NCBI GenBank assembly: GCA_040876265.1 | Contig: JBBDPN010000001.1 | Coordinates: forward strand, 438,208-502,207 | Direction: 5' to 3' | Source: Candidatus Woykebacteria bacterium | GTDB lineage: Bacteria; Patescibacteriota; Microgenomatia; Woykebacterales; RBG-16-39-9b | DNA: 64,000 nt | Shown: piece after piece, positions 35,261 through 45,628 of the stretch | How positions within the stretch are numbered: the stretch's first letter is position 1 | Layout: each line of letters begins with the position of its first letter | Notes under the pieces: generated by a model | What the model saw: the letters and a program-made list of their open reading frames with translations, nothing else | Databases searched by the model: none | Told to the model about the DNA's origin: nothing | Translations under genes and position numbers: made by a program

Positions 35261-36340
35261 TCAAGAGCTTTTTGCGAGTTGGTCCTTAAAGAAATCCACG
35301 TTGGGTATCAAACTAGGGTCCGCTTCGTTGGAAATACCCATATAAAAGCTTGTCCAAGAGGAAAAAGTAAGCGCCTCAAAAGCAGCTAGATCCTTTTTGG
35401 CTGCTTTAACTTTGTAGTCTGTGTGAGATAGGCCATATTTATCCAAGAGCTCATTGCCGATTTGCATCCGGGTTTTGATTCTTTCCTCATAAAGATCTGA
35501 CTCGAAATTAAAAAATTTCACCACGTTTTTCAAAGAATCCGGGTAGGTGATACCCTCAAGGAGATGGTGATCGAGTTCTGAAAGGAGAAAATAGCCGCCA
35601 AACACCTTGGCACTTTCATTGATTTGATTAGCAAAAGCGTGGGCATTACCGGCCAAAAAGGGACCAGCAACAACTATAAAAATTTTCCCGAGCATTTCCT
35701 CGGCTTTTTGTTTGGCCACATTGTCGCGGGTTACTGTTTTAACGTCGAATTGTGAATTTAATTTATTGATCAAATATATGACCTCTTCAATCTGACCGTT
35801 GGTGACTTGTACTAGATTTAAATTTGAAAGTATGCCTAAGACCCCAGCTATCGAAAAACCAAGCCCAAGTCTCGGGTTCCCAGATGGATTATATTTAGTA
35901 TCAAATTGGTAAAAAGGCAGCCCCCTTTCGTTTAAATCTGCAATTAATTTTCCGCCAGAGCCGATCCCGACGATTTTTGCTTTTTTTCTTATCGCATCTT
36001 GCAGCGCGGAAAGAGTTTCTTCAGTAGTGCCTGAATAACTAGAAACAATCACCAGTGTATTTTCGTTGACGAAGGATGGAAGGGAATATTCGTTGACGAT
36101 TTGAAACGGAACTGGGATATCGTAGACGCTACGAACAATGTGAGGCCCTAAAGCACTACCACCCATGCCAGCCACGACTATGTTCTGGACGCTCTTGTAG
36201 CTTTCTGGAATTTGGAGGGTTTTACTCCCTTCCCAAGCCGATTTTACCTGGTCTTTCAAAAACATGATGGAACCGGCCATGTCTTTGGAGTCAATTTTTT
36301 TTATTTTGCCGATATCATCTAGCATGTTACCCGGACCCAC
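35261..36340 (-). CDS. bifunctional phosphoglucose/phosphomannose isomerase (SIS-domain, archaeal type)
   Basis: SIS-domain architecture of about 360 aa (AGMGGSALG...SYSGTTEE...), characteristic of PGI/PMI. Confidence 0.6.
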   Translation of the reverse strand: MGPGNMLDDIGKIKKIDSKDMAGSIMFLKDQVKSAWEGSKTLQIPESYKSVQNIVVAGMGGSALGPHIVRSVYDIPVPFQIVNEYSLPSFVNENTLVIVSSYSGTTEETLSALQDAIRKKAKIVGIGSGGKLIADLNERGLPFYQFDTKYNPSGNPRLGLGFSIAGVLGILSNLNLVQVTNGQIEEVIYLINKLNSQFDVKTVTRDNVAKQKAEEMLGKIFIVVAGPFLAGNAHAFANQINESAKVFGGYFLLSELDHHLLEGITYPDSLKNVVKFFNFESDLYEERIKTRMQIGNELLDKYGLSHTDYKVKAAKKDLAAFEALTFSSWTSFYMGISNEADPSLIPNVDFFKDQLAKSS

Positions 36341-36941
36341 AAGCGGCTAAAGGTTCTGGGGAGTTATTTTTATTATTCGCCAAAAAGTCGCTGATTTGCT
36401 GCTCATCAAATTCCTCAAGCACCAAAAGTCTTCCCCAAGAAGCCAGCGCAATCGGATCGTCATTCTTAACTCTGGGCGAAAGCAGTACCTTGGTTGGGTT
36501 TTGCCCAACCAATTTTGCTAAATTTGCAGCTAGCTCCTTATCGTTTTTATCTTTGTAAGTGATCCAGACTGCTCCGTGCTCCAAGCTATGAATCGCCGCT
36601 TCATCTGGTACCTCTTCAGAGTAAATCTTACAATCAGCTGGAGTTGGCCAGTGAGGACCGGACGTCGGCGGGTTGCTGTTGTAAGGAGCGTGGTTGGTAG
36701 ACCCTTGAGCTATATGTTCTCTGCCCTGGATGGGAATTTCCTGTCCGGCCAAAGCTTTTTCTGACACAGGTCTGGTGAAAACAAAGATGACAGCACCTAC
36801 TATCACCACCGCGATAGCAAAAATCACGATTTTAGTCATATTACTCCTTAATCGATCCGAAGACCCCTCCTCTTGCCGCAGCTTTTTCGCCAGTTCTTTT
36901 CTTTCTTTTTTTGTCAAAGAGTCAAAATCTTTTTTCGCCAT
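36327..36941 (-). CDS. DUF3105-domain membrane-anchored protein
   Basis: The sequence PPTSGPHW...HSLEHGAVWITY matches the DUF3105 pattern. An N-terminal TM helix is present. Confidence 0.55.
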   Translation of the reverse strand: MAKKDFDSLTKKERKELAKKLRQEEGSSDRLRSNMTKIVIFAIAVVIVGAVIFVFTRPVSEKALAGQEIPIQGREHIAQGSTNHAPYNSNPPTSGPHWPTPADCKIYSEEVPDEAAIHSLEHGAVWITYKDKNDKELAANLAKLVGQNPTKVLLSPRVKNDDPIALASWGRLLVLEEFDEQQISDFLANNKNNSPEPLAACGSG

Positions 36942-36950
36942 TTTTACTCA

Positions 36951-37199
36951 TTAAGAAATACCGATCGACTCGTTTAATTTTTCCTTATCGAAACCAAGGA
37001 TCTTGACCATACTTCCATCTTCTTTGGTAACTTCCGTAAAAGGGACTCCCATCTGGCCACTTTCCTCGAGCATTTGCTGAGCAGCGGTATCATCATTATC
37101 AACAAAAACGTTTTCGTATTTCACTCCCTTGGAATCCAAATAATCCTTTTCCATTTTGCAATATGGACAAGTTGTCGTAGTGTAGATCTTAATTTTCAT
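36951..37199 (-). CDS. glutaredoxin-like protein (NrdH/Grx, CPYC)
   Basis: The sequence begins KIYTTTTCPYCKMEKDYLD. SD GGAGAT precedes the ATG at 37199. Confidence 0.7.
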   Translation of the reverse strand: MKIKIYTTTTCPYCKMEKDYLDSKGVKYENVFVDNDDTAAQQMLEESGQMGVPFTEVTKEDGSMVKILGFDKEKLNESIGIS

Positions 37200-37216
37200 G
37201 TCATTAATCTCCATAT

Positions 37217-38182
37217 TTACTTAACCATGTTCGGTGGTTGTTTACCCTCAAGAGCAGCAATTATATTTTCGGCAGCAATTCTACTCATCGCATTTCTCGC
37301 CTCTGCGGTTGCACTAGCGGTGTGCGGAGTCAAAACAACATTTGGTAGGTCAGCTAACCCTTCAGCTAATTGTGGCTCGTTCTCAAAAACATCCAGACCA
37401 GCACCAGCTATTTTTTTTGACTTCAAAGCCTCTACCAAGGCACGCTCGTCAACTACTGGACCCCTGGAAGTATTGATCAGAATTGCGCTCTCTTTCATTA
37501 GACCCAGCTCTTTAGCACCAATCAAATGATGGGTGGCAGGAAGAAGCGGCACGTGGACAGTAACAAAATCTGATTGCTTTAGCAGCTCTTCTATCGTACG
37601 GAATTTAGCCGAAAATCTCATTTCAAACTCTTCATTCTTATTTACATCGTGATAAAGAACTTCCATATTGTACCCACCGTGGGCTATCTGAGCCACGAAA
37701 GAACCAATCCTACCAAGCCCCACAATACCAATACTCTTACCCCAAATCTGCGGCCCCAAAAACCCCATCGGCTCCCACTGCTTATATTTTCCGTCGCGAA
37801 CAAATTTATCAGCTTCGGCAATATGTTTGGCTGCCGCCATAAGAAGTGCAAAAGTGTGCTCGGCTACTGCTTCAGTCAACACACCAGGCGTATTTGAAAC
37901 AAAGACTTTCCTTTCGCCGGCTGCTTTCACATCAATATTGTCATAGCCGACTGCATAATTTGCTACGATTTTTAGCTGCTTCCCAGCAGCGTCTAGAATA
38001 TCTCCATCAATTTTATCGGTAAGTAGACAAAGAACAGAATCGTAACCCGCGACTGCTTCTTTTAATTCTTCTTTGGAAAGGACACGATCTTGCGGATTTA
38101 TATCAACTTGAAAACCTTTTTTGTTTAGGAGTCCAATACCTTCTTCTGGTATCGTGCGAGTAACAAAAACTTTTTTGGCCAT
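37217..38182 (-). CDS. D-isomer-specific 2-hydroxyacid dehydrogenase (glyoxylate/hydroxypyruvate reductase-like)
   Basis: GIVGLGRIGSFVAQ NAD-binding motif. The catalytic R...E...H triad region is present. Confidence 0.8.
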   Translation of the reverse strand: MAKKVFVTRTIPEEGIGLLNKKGFQVDINPQDRVLSKEELKEAVAGYDSVLCLLTDKIDGDILDAAGKQLKIVANYAVGYDNIDVKAAGERKVFVSNTPGVLTEAVAEHTFALLMAAAKHIAEADKFVRDGKYKQWEPMGFLGPQIWGKSIGIVGLGRIGSFVAQIAHGGYNMEVLYHDVNKNEEFEMRFSAKFRTIEELLKQSDFVTVHVPLLPATHHLIGAKELGLMKESAILINTSRGPVVDERALVEALKSKKIAGAGLDVFENEPQLAEGLADLPNVVLTPHTASATAEARNAMSRIAAENIIAALEGKQPPNMVK

Positions 38183-38279
38183 AATTAACCTCTTTTCAAT
38201 TGTAACATGAGATAAATAGTCAGCAACAAGGTAAACCCAAGGTGACTAGTTTCGAATGTAGCTTAACCCAAAAAATTAA

Positions 38280-39542
38280 TCAGACCTTCCTTACGTCAAA
38301 CCAGCCGTCCAATAGATGTTTTATAACGGTGCTTTCCAATTTTTCGACACCAAAAAAATTGATAAAAATTTTATTCCACAAAGCTTCGTGAAAATGATAG
38401 CTATACCAGTCTTTATAGTGTAAGCCGTTCATCACACTCATTATATTATCCATCAAATTAAAGTTTGTAAGGATTTGGTCCCCTTTTTTACTAGGGAACC
38501 AAACAGCGACATAATTGGTGTGCTCCCAAATACCGTAATTAAGATTGGGGATTATCTTTGCCATCTTGAGTAGCGTATGAGAAGACCCTCGATGATATAG
38601 AGCCTCGGGATTTATATGAGCGGTCGCAAGTCGTGGGTCTTTTGGATCTTCTTTAAATAAATAGCGTTGGATAACAAGCCATTTATTTGGGCCGCCCTTT
38701 GATAAAGAGATGTCGGGTACATCTCCGCGAATAGCGCTTACAATTTTCTCCCCGAAATCTGGCCCATCCGAATAATATTCAAAATAATCGGAGTAAAGAT
38801 TGACCTCATCTAGATAGTGGCTGGTCATGCCAAAAAGATAGAGAGTTATCACTTCCTGCATTTTTTCTCCTGGTACCACAAAAATCATCCCCAACTCTTT
38901 GAGATGACTCATTGGGTGAAGCTTCTTTTTCAGAAAAGCCTGTGTTACCTTCCTCCATTTTTTCGCCTCTAAGACTCTTATCTCAATCGGCCGGATTTCA
39001 AAATCCTCTTTTTTGAGCTTCCTATATTCGGCGATATAAGTATTATTTAGCCACTGTCTATCTTCTATAAACCTCAAAGCGGCGTAAATTTCAAACAACT
39101 CCTCCTTAGCCAACATGTCCTCAACATTTTTATAACCAAGTTCTTTCATGATATTGGCTGGTGGGTTTCGTCGCATTAACTCCTCAGCGACATTCCTTTT
39201 TAGGAAAAACCCTGACCTATCGCGATGCAATGCAAGAACAGACGAGATTAAGTTGGCACAACCCTCATTGGTGGTGCAAACCGGTTGATCAAGTAGTTCG
39301 AATATCTGGCTATCTAAATTTTTAACGCTTGTTTCTACTTCTTTGTAGATCTCTTCAACAGTTGGGTAAGTAAGTTTCAAATGAGAAAGAATCTTTTTTA
39401 CTTTTTCTTGATTTTCCTCGAAGAAATTCTCAAGAACGTGTTTTTTATCAGTTATCTGCTCTAATGCCTCTATAGTCTCCCCAAAAATATCGGGATCTGT
39501 GTTTAATTGGTTAGCAAAAAATTCAACTACTGTACTCCTCAA
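38280..39542 (-). CDS. conserved hypothetical protein (420 aa) embedded in the glycolytic/PPP operon
   Basis: No recognisable motifs. It overlaps the pfkB-like gene by 4 nt. Confidence 0.5.
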   Translation of the reverse strand: MRSTVVEFFANQLNTDPDIFGETIEALEQITDKKHVLENFFEENQEKVKKILSHLKLTYPTVEEIYKEVETSVKNLDSQIFELLDQPVCTTNEGCANLISSVLALHRDRSGFFLKRNVAEELMRRNPPANIMKELGYKNVEDMLAKEELFEIYAALRFIEDRQWLNNTYIAEYRKLKKEDFEIRPIEIRVLEAKKWRKVTQAFLKKKLHPMSHLKELGMIFVVPGEKMQEVITLYLFGMTSHYLDEVNLYSDYFEYYSDGPDFGEKIVSAIRGDVPDISLSKGGPNKWLVIQRYLFKEDPKDPRLATAHINPEALYHRGSSHTLLKMAKIIPNLNYGIWEHTNYVAVWFPSKKGDQILTNFNLMDNIMSVMNGLHYKDWYSYHFHEALWNKIFINFFGVEKLESTVIKHLLDGWFDVRKV

Positions 39543-40543
39543 ATGTGTACCCTTACTTTCTTCTTCACAGCTACTTTGGTAACTTTCAATTTGTCTTTAA
39601 ATGGCTTTTGCCCTCTTTTCAAAATTCCCTTTTTCGCGCCAAAATAATTCACTACCGAAGAGCCGTTGTCTGTTGCAAGCTCCAAAGCCCCTTCCACATC
39701 GCCGTATTTTATCAGGCCGGCCACAAACCCGGAAGCAAACGCATCGCCGGCGCCTGTCCGCTCTACCGCTTTATTATCATGGGTGTTGACGTGGTAAAAA
39801 TATCCCCTGTCGCACGCAGTTGCACCAGAAAGCCCATCTGTTATAACCCCAATACCATTAACTAAGAGGCAGAGCTTTTTAGAAATTTTTTCACGATCAG
39901 CCGCTGATATACCTATCAGAGATGCCGCTTCTTCTCGGTTCATAATTAAGCAGTCCGCTTTAGAAAAAATAGAGGAAAGCTGCTTTGCTCCTTTTGCAAG
40001 TTCTTGGCTGCCAGGAACTAAGGCTATCTTTGCCTCATTTTTTTCAGCCCAATCAACCAGTTTTTTTAGTAGTTCTATATTTCCACCCAGACTACTAATA
40101 AATAGCCATTTTGTATTTAATTTATTTTTCGGTAGGAAGCTGTGAGGAAAATGTGCGCTTGCCCCTCGATAAACCAGTATCGTTCTTTCGCCGTTGGTGG
40201 CAACAACAATTATAGAGTAGCCGGTATAATTTTCCCTGTCGTGTACGACTAGTGATGTATCAACCCCCTCGCTACGTAAAGATCCCACCACCGCCCTACC
40301 ACCGGGATCATCCCCGATCCTAGTAATACATGCAGTTCTTAACCCCTGACGAGCAAATGTTACGGCGGCATTCGTAGCGCCGCCGCCAGTTTCAAAAATA
40401 ATGTTCTCGACCGAAAGTTTTGCTCCCAACGGTAAAACAAGATTTGACTCTCTACGACCATTACCGGATCGTTTTGCCTGGAAATCTTTTGAAGTGAGAA
40501 AGACGTCACGCGTCGCCGCGCCTATTGCTAAACAATCATACAT
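39539..40543 (-). CDS. PfkB-family carbohydrate kinase
   Basis: GGGATNAAV and GAGDAFASGF motifs. Confidence 0.8.
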   Translation of the reverse strand: MYDCLAIGAATRDVFLTSKDFQAKRSGNGRRESNLVLPLGAKLSVENIIFETGGGATNAAVTFARQGLRTACITRIGDDPGGRAVVGSLRSEGVDTSLVVHDRENYTGYSIIVVATNGERTILVYRGASAHFPHSFLPKNKLNTKWLFISSLGGNIELLKKLVDWAEKNEAKIALVPGSQELAKGAKQLSSIFSKADCLIMNREEAASLIGISAADREKISKKLCLLVNGIGVITDGLSGATACDRGYFYHVNTHDNKAVERTGAGDAFASGFVAGLIKYGDVEGALELATDNGSSVVNYFGAKKGILKRGQKPFKDKLKVTKVAVKKKVRVHI

Positions 40544-40656
40544 GGGCAGTCCAATAAGTACATTATATCTCGCTGGAGAAACAAGCGCGAGATGCCTGCC
40601 TGTCGGCAGACAGGTAACCTTGCATTCTAATTACTGAAGAAATAACCAAAAGTGGA

Positions 40657-41526
40657 TCAATTTACTTTTCCGGCCGAACCATACGCATCAATCTTCTCTG
40701 AAACTACTTTCTTCACTTCCTCCACTACTTCAGGAAGCATTTTATACATTGCGTATTGTTCCTCATTTTCTTCCAGAACGTCCTCTAAACTATCCTTAAA
40801 TGCTTTTCTCATCTCAGTATTTATATTTACTTTTACAAATCCACCCGCTGCAATTGCTTTTTTTATCTCTTCGTTTGGTATCCCGCTACTCCCGTGGATT
40901 GAAAGAAAAGTATTGGGCACAGCTCCCTTGATTTCCTTAATTAAGTCGAAATCCAGTGGTGGTTGCTGCGGAAAAATACCGTGGATATTTCCAAAAAGAG
41001 TGGCGATGGTGTCCACACCACTTTCTGAGACAAATTTTTTGATCACATCTGGTTTGGAAAATGTTTGCCGCAGCTCATCCATGCTTATCTGCTCTTTATA
41101 AACTTCCGAAGATTTTCTTGCCATTCTATCTATCTCGGCTTCGACTAACAAATTTTTGGCGTGGGCCGCCTTTACCACTTTCTTGGTTATTTCAAGATTT
41201 TCCTGATAGGCAAGCGCAGAACCATCGAAATGGATCAGATCATATCCAGCCTCTATTCCCATCATGCAATCTTCGAGTTTTTCTGAATGGTCTAGGTTTA
41301 CAAATATCGGTATGCTAAAATCTTCGGAATAATTTTTGGCAATATCTACCATATTATCTGCGTCCATCCACTTTGTTTCACCAGGAGATGTTTCGATAAT
41401 TATGGGGGATCTTTTTTCACCGGCAATTTCAGCCACTGCCTTAAAAGTCTCAAGATTCCCGACATTAAACGCCCCTATTGCGAAGTGCTCCTCCTTGGCC
41501 TTTTGTAACCACTCCTTTGCTGTCAC
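40657..41526 (-). CDS. fba: class II fructose-bisphosphate aldolase
   Basis: The sequences FVNLDHSE, HGSSG and KVNINTE match class II FBA/tagatose-bisphosphate aldolase. Confidence 0.85.
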   Translation of the reverse strand: MTAKEWLQKAKEEHFAIGAFNVGNLETFKAVAEIAGEKRSPIIIETSPGETKWMDADNMVDIAKNYSEDFSIPIFVNLDHSEKLEDCMMGIEAGYDLIHFDGSALAYQENLEITKKVVKAAHAKNLLVEAEIDRMARKSSEVYKEQISMDELRQTFSKPDVIKKFVSESGVDTIATLFGNIHGIFPQQPPLDFDLIKEIKGAVPNTFLSIHGSSGIPNEEIKKAIAAGGFVKVNINTEMRKAFKDSLEDVLEENEEQYAMYKMLPEVVEEVKKVVSEKIDAYGSAGKVN

Positions 41527-41604
41527 TCAAAACCTCCTGCCCCGCGAAGTTTTAACGAAGTGGGGTCTTTTCTCGCTTTTCCCAACCATTCACGCGCGCT
41601 CATA

Positions 41605-42033
41605 TTACTTTCCAGATAAACTTACTAGAAATACCGCGATCATAGCCAGCACAACCCCGCCTACTTGGGTCAGGGTGAGCTTTTCATTTAAAAATGCTAC
41701 CGCTAAAATCACCGTAACCACTGGGTAGATGGCCGTCAACGGTATTAGAATAGAGGCTTGTTCTTGCTTCAAAAGCGGAATAAAGATGAGTGTCCCAATA
41801 GCCCCAGCCAGACCACCAGCTAAACTAAAAAGGACACCCGATTTATCTAAATTTAGAGGAAAGAGCTGCTTAGTTGCCAGCATAAAGCCGATCATAATAA
41901 TTGGAAAGGTAAAGAACGTACCCCAAATTGCCGATTGGAGTCCGAGTTTGTTGGCGGCTATTTTACTAAAAAGTCCCCACAAACCCCAGAAAAAAATTAT
42001 TGTTAGTGTCCAGAACACAAACGAAAGCTTCAT
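41605..42033 (-). CDS. EamA-like/DMT-superfamily small membrane protein (4 TM)
   Basis: The 142-aa protein has four hydrophobic segments. The architecture is a half-size EamA. Confidence 0.45.
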   Translation of the reverse strand: MKLSFVFWTLTIIFFWGLWGLFSKIAANKLGLQSAIWGTFFTFPIIMIGFMLATKQLFPLNLDKSGVLFSLAGGLAGAIGTLIFIPLLKQEQASILIPLTAIYPVVTVILAVAFLNEKLTLTQVGGVVLAMIAVFLVSLSGK

Positions 42034-42034
42034 T

Positions 42035-43015
42035 TTATCTTTTCCTTTTGACTACAGTTCTAGCTGCTTCTTTTATTTTCTTCACACTCATGCCGTATTT
42101 CTCTAGGAGTTCTTCGGGGGCACCGGATTCACCGAACGTATCGGTCATGCCGATGCGCTCCATAGGAGCCGGGAAGTTTTCCGCCAGCACCTCAGCGACA
42201 GCCCCACCTAGACCGCCATTGATTTGGTGTTCCTCAACTGTAACAACGGCTCCGGTTTTTTTGGCACCAGAAGCGATGGTAAGCTTGTCTATTGGCTTGA
42301 TGGTGTGATTGTTGATAACTTCGGCACTTATTCCGTCTTTTTCTAGTTCTTTCGCTGCTACCAGTGATTGGTAAACTAACGGGCCGCAGGCAATTATGGT
42401 CACGTCCATCCCATCACGAAATACTTCTGCTTTTCCTATCTTGAATGGTGTATCTTCGCTTGTTATAACCGGCGTTTTTTCGCGACCGAATCGAAAATAT
42501 GCCGGCCCTCTGTGTTCGCCGATGGCGATGGTTGTTTTTTTCGCCTCAATAGAATCGCATGGCACTTCCACTACAATATTCGGTAACACCCGCACTGAGG
42601 CAATATCTTCCAGTGCTTGGTGAGTCGCGCCATCTGGTCCCACGCTAATTCCAGAGTGGGCACCGGCTACTTTCACATTTGCTTTGGAATAGCAAACACT
42701 GACACGTAGTTGGTCCCAACATCTACCTGGAACAAAAACAGCGTAGGAGGAAACGAACGGAATTTTCCCGCTAAGGGCAAGTCCAGCGGCAATTCCCATC
42801 ATATTTTGCTCGGCTACACCAACCTCAATAAACCGCTCCGGGAATTTCTCCTCAAATTTGTTTGCGCGAGTAGAAGCGGAAAGATCGCCGGTAAGAACCA
42901 CCACGTTTGGATCTTTCTCACCCAAAGCCACCAGACCCTCGCCATACCCATCACGGGTCGGTATCGCTTCCACTTCCGGATCAAAAAGTTTTGGGTTTAA
43001 CTTGACACTACTCAT
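42035..43015 (-). CDS. transketolase, C-terminal (pyrimidine-binding) subunit
   Basis: VGPDGATHQALEDIA is present. It overlaps the N-terminal subunit gene by 8 nt. Confidence 0.85.
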   Translation of the reverse strand: MSSVKLNPKLFDPEVEAIPTRDGYGEGLVALGEKDPNVVVLTGDLSASTRANKFEEKFPERFIEVGVAEQNMMGIAAGLALSGKIPFVSSYAVFVPGRCWDQLRVSVCYSKANVKVAGAHSGISVGPDGATHQALEDIASVRVLPNIVVEVPCDSIEAKKTTIAIGEHRGPAYFRFGREKTPVITSEDTPFKIGKAEVFRDGMDVTIIACGPLVYQSLVAAKELEKDGISAEVINNHTIKPIDKLTIASGAKKTGAVVTVEEHQINGGLGGAVAEVLAENFPAPMERIGMTDTFGESGAPEELLEKYGMSVKKIKEAARTVVKRKR

Positions 43016-43919
43016 GCTCGCCTGTAATCTTTCCTCTCAGTGAACGTAATTCGTCAAGAGCGGATTTTGCTTGATCCTTCTTAGCCGGATCGCCGGGTAC
43101 TTCCAAAGTTCCCGGAGGATTGCCGTGCCAGCGATAGTCAAACTCCATCCAACCGACTCCCTTACCTGGGATCGTATGAGCAATGATCATCACTGGCTTT
43201 TCGTAGATTGCCTTTGCTTCACTACAGGCATCAATTATTTCTTGAATATTGTGGCCATCCACATCAATCACGTGCCAATTAAAACTTTCATACTTTTCAC
43301 GCAAGGGCTCTAGCGGCATCACGTCCTCGGTCATTCCGTCTATTTGAATGTTATTGCGATCAATAATCCCGGTGATTTGAAACAGCCGGTTTTTACCAGC
43401 AAACATCACCGCTTCCCATATCTGTCCCTCATCATGCTCACCATCAGACATAAGGCAATAAATCCAATGTTTCTTTCCATCCATTCGTGCCGCAAGCGCC
43501 ATACCGACAGCTTGGGAGAGGCCTTGACCGAGTGGCCCGCTGGAATTTTCCACACCAGGAGTCGTTCCAACATGTGGGTGGCCTTGAAGGCGGGAATTTA
43601 ATTTTCGCAAAGTCCCCAGAGCTTCTTCTCTAGAAAAGTAGCCCGAGTGGGCAAGTGTTGTATACAAAACCGGAGCGATGTGGCCGTTGGAAAGGACGAC
43701 TCGGTCACGTTCGTCCCAATTTGGTTTTTGGGGATTGTGATTGAGGACTGCAAAATAAAGGGCGGTGAAAACATCGGCCATTCCTAGTGGCCCAGCGCTA
43801 TGGCCACTACCAGCCTCCACCAACATCTTGATAATATCCTGACGAATATCATTGGCGATTTTTTCGATCTCACCTATATGAGTATGCTCTCTGTGCTGTG
43901 GTGAATGCCTTTTATCCAT
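43008..43919 (-). CDS. transketolase, N-terminal (TPP-binding) subunit
   Basis: GHSAGPLGMAD and GDGEHDEGQIWEA TPP-binding motifs. Confidence 0.85.
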   Translation of the reverse strand: MDKRHSPQHREHTHIGEIEKIANDIRQDIIKMLVEAGSGHSAGPLGMADVFTALYFAVLNHNPQKPNWDERDRVVLSNGHIAPVLYTTLAHSGYFSREEALGTLRKLNSRLQGHPHVGTTPGVENSSGPLGQGLSQAVGMALAARMDGKKHWIYCLMSDGEHDEGQIWEAVMFAGKNRLFQITGIIDRNNIQIDGMTEDVMPLEPLREKYESFNWHVIDVDGHNIQEIIDACSEAKAIYEKPVMIIAHTIPGKGVGWMEFDYRWHGNPPGTLEVPGDPAKKDQAKSALDELRSLRGKITGEHE

Positions 43920-43936
43920 ATGGGCAGTACTAAATT

Positions 43937-44377
43937 TTACTCCACAGTAATTGTGCCTCTTTGTCCAGAATTCAAATGGTTATGATAGCCGTGTGGCCCT
44001 GCCGTAGTCATAGTTACATTTGCTTGTTCTCCAGGCTGCAAAGTTAAAACAAAACCATCACCAGAAAGTTCCCTATCACCGGTGTGGATTGGATGTGGAT
44101 CTACACCGACTTGCACCTCTTGATCACTATTATTCATCCAAGTGATCGTGTCCCCAGATTTGACAGTCACATCTGAAGGCGAGAATCCGCTTGAAGTGTA
44201 AGTAATAGTAGTAGCCTCTTCGCTTTGCTCACCAACACCCGCTGAAGGTGTAGCCGAGGTAGTTGCGGTTGGCGCTTGGGTAACTTCAACATCTGGTTGA
44301 TCCGAAAAACTACGGAACAACAAAAACCCACCAGCGATCACAATTATAATAATTATCGCAATCAACAAATTACGCAT
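43937..44377 (-). CDS. secreted cupredoxin-fold-like protein
   Basis: A signal/TM N-terminus and a Thr-rich linker are present. The C-terminal beta-rich domain carries His residues but no Cys ligand. Confidence 0.35.
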   Translation of the reverse strand: MRNLLIAIIIIIVIAGGFLLFRSFSDQPDVEVTQAPTATTSATPSAGVGEQSEEATTITYTSSGFSPSDVTVKSGDTITWMNNSDQEVQVGVDPHPIHTGDRELSGDGFVLTLQPGEQANVTMTTAGPHGYHNHLNSGQRGTITVE

Positions 44378-44388
44378 ATTTCAAAAGT

Positions 44389-45078
44389 CTAATTTTTCAC
44401 CTCCTCATCCTTTACACTTTCTTTCAGAATCTTAAGAGCTTCCTTTACCTTCTCGTGATACGTATCACCCTTTATCTTATCATTTTCGAAAAGGAAACTT
44501 CCTACCATGAGTATATTGGCTCCCACTTCTGTGCATTTTTTAGCAATCCCCGGTTCAATGCCACCATCAATTTCAATTCTTACATCCGGCCTCATATCTC
44601 GCAGTTGCTTGATTTTATCAAGTGTCCCGTGAACAAAATGTTGACCAGAAAAGCCTGGGTAGACCGAAAGGAGAAGTACAGTGTCGACTTTATCGATTAT
44701 ATGTTGGAGTCTTGATACGGGCGTATCAGGATTTAAAGAAAAACCAATCTGGAGATTATGTCGGCGGATATGATTGATCAGTCCAATCGGATCTCGAGCT
44801 GATTCGTACGGAACTATTATCCGACCAATACTGGCTTTATCTTTTATTTTCACAAACGGGTCCACCCAATCCTCGATATAATCAACCATTAGCTGGAGCT
44901 CAAGTTTTTTTCTCGTACGGAAGGCGCCGACCTCTTTTGGACCGATAGTGAGATTTCTGGCGAATTTATTATCAACTATATCCACCTGGATCCAGTCCAC
45001 CAACGGCTCAACCGCTTTAAATTTTTTATGATAGTCGGCAGGGGTTTTACTTAGGATCGCTGGAACTATTTCAACCAT
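44389..45078 (-). CDS. rpe: ribulose-phosphate 3-epimerase (divergent)
   Basis: The sequences IVPAILSKTPADY, VDIVDNKFARNLTIGP, SVYPGFSGQHF and IEIDGGI parallel Rpe motifs. Confidence 0.7.
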   Translation of the reverse strand: MVEIVPAILSKTPADYHKKFKAVEPLVDWIQVDIVDNKFARNLTIGPKEVGAFRTRKKLELQLMVDYIEDWVDPFVKIKDKASIGRIIVPYESARDPIGLINHIRRHNLQIGFSLNPDTPVSRLQHIIDKVDTVLLLSVYPGFSGQHFVHGTLDKIKQLRDMRPDVRIEIDGGIEPGIAKKCTEVGANILMVGSFLFENDKIKGDTYHEKVKEALKILKESVKDEEVKN

Positions 45079-45517
45079 GCTGCTCCTCTTGCTTTATTTT
45101 TCTTAACCTACGCTCAAACCTCTCTTTTTTGGCGTAAGGAGTAGAGAGCCAAGCTTCCAACACCTGTAACGCCTTTTTCTCATCCAGATAATCGGCCGGC
45201 AGGGCTAAAACGTTTGAATTATCATCTCTGCGACTACTGGCCGCGTGTTTGGGATCCCAGGACAGAGCTGCGCGCACGCCGGCCACCTTATTGGCTGCTA
45301 TTTCAACTCCGACACCGTTACGACAAAGTGCGACACCAAGATTGTTTGGATCTTCAGCAACTTTATGAGCAAGCGGAATTACAAAATCAGGAAAATCATC
45401 GCCTGGATCTAGCTTTTGCGGTCCAACATCCACCACTTCCTCTCCCCTCTCTTTGAGATATTTTTCAATTTCTTCTTTTAATTTGTATCCCCCGTGATCG
45501 CTAGCTAAATAGATCAT
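45071..45517 (-). CDS. rpiB: ribose-5-phosphate isomerase B
   Basis: MIYLASDHGGYKLKEEI...CRNGVGVEIAANK. Confidence 0.85.
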   Translation of the reverse strand: MIYLASDHGGYKLKEEIEKYLKERGEEVVDVGPQKLDPGDDFPDFVIPLAHKVAEDPNNLGVALCRNGVGVEIAANKVAGVRAALSWDPKHAASSRRDDNSNVLALPADYLDEKKALQVLEAWLSTPYAKKERFERRLRKIKQEEQHG

Positions 45518-45628
45518 AGATTTCAGATATAAGAACTTAAGATTTAAAACCTACAGGCGAGCTTAGGTTGCTGGTTCGAGTGGTTTAACGATAGTTTAAA
45601 CGAGAAACAGCAACCGAGCTCGCAAAAG

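Noticed and set aside
40652-42308. Plus-strand ORFs of 85-149 aa antisense to fba, EamA and tktC
   Set aside because: They sit entirely inside well-supported minus-strand genes. Their translations are low complexity with no RBS.
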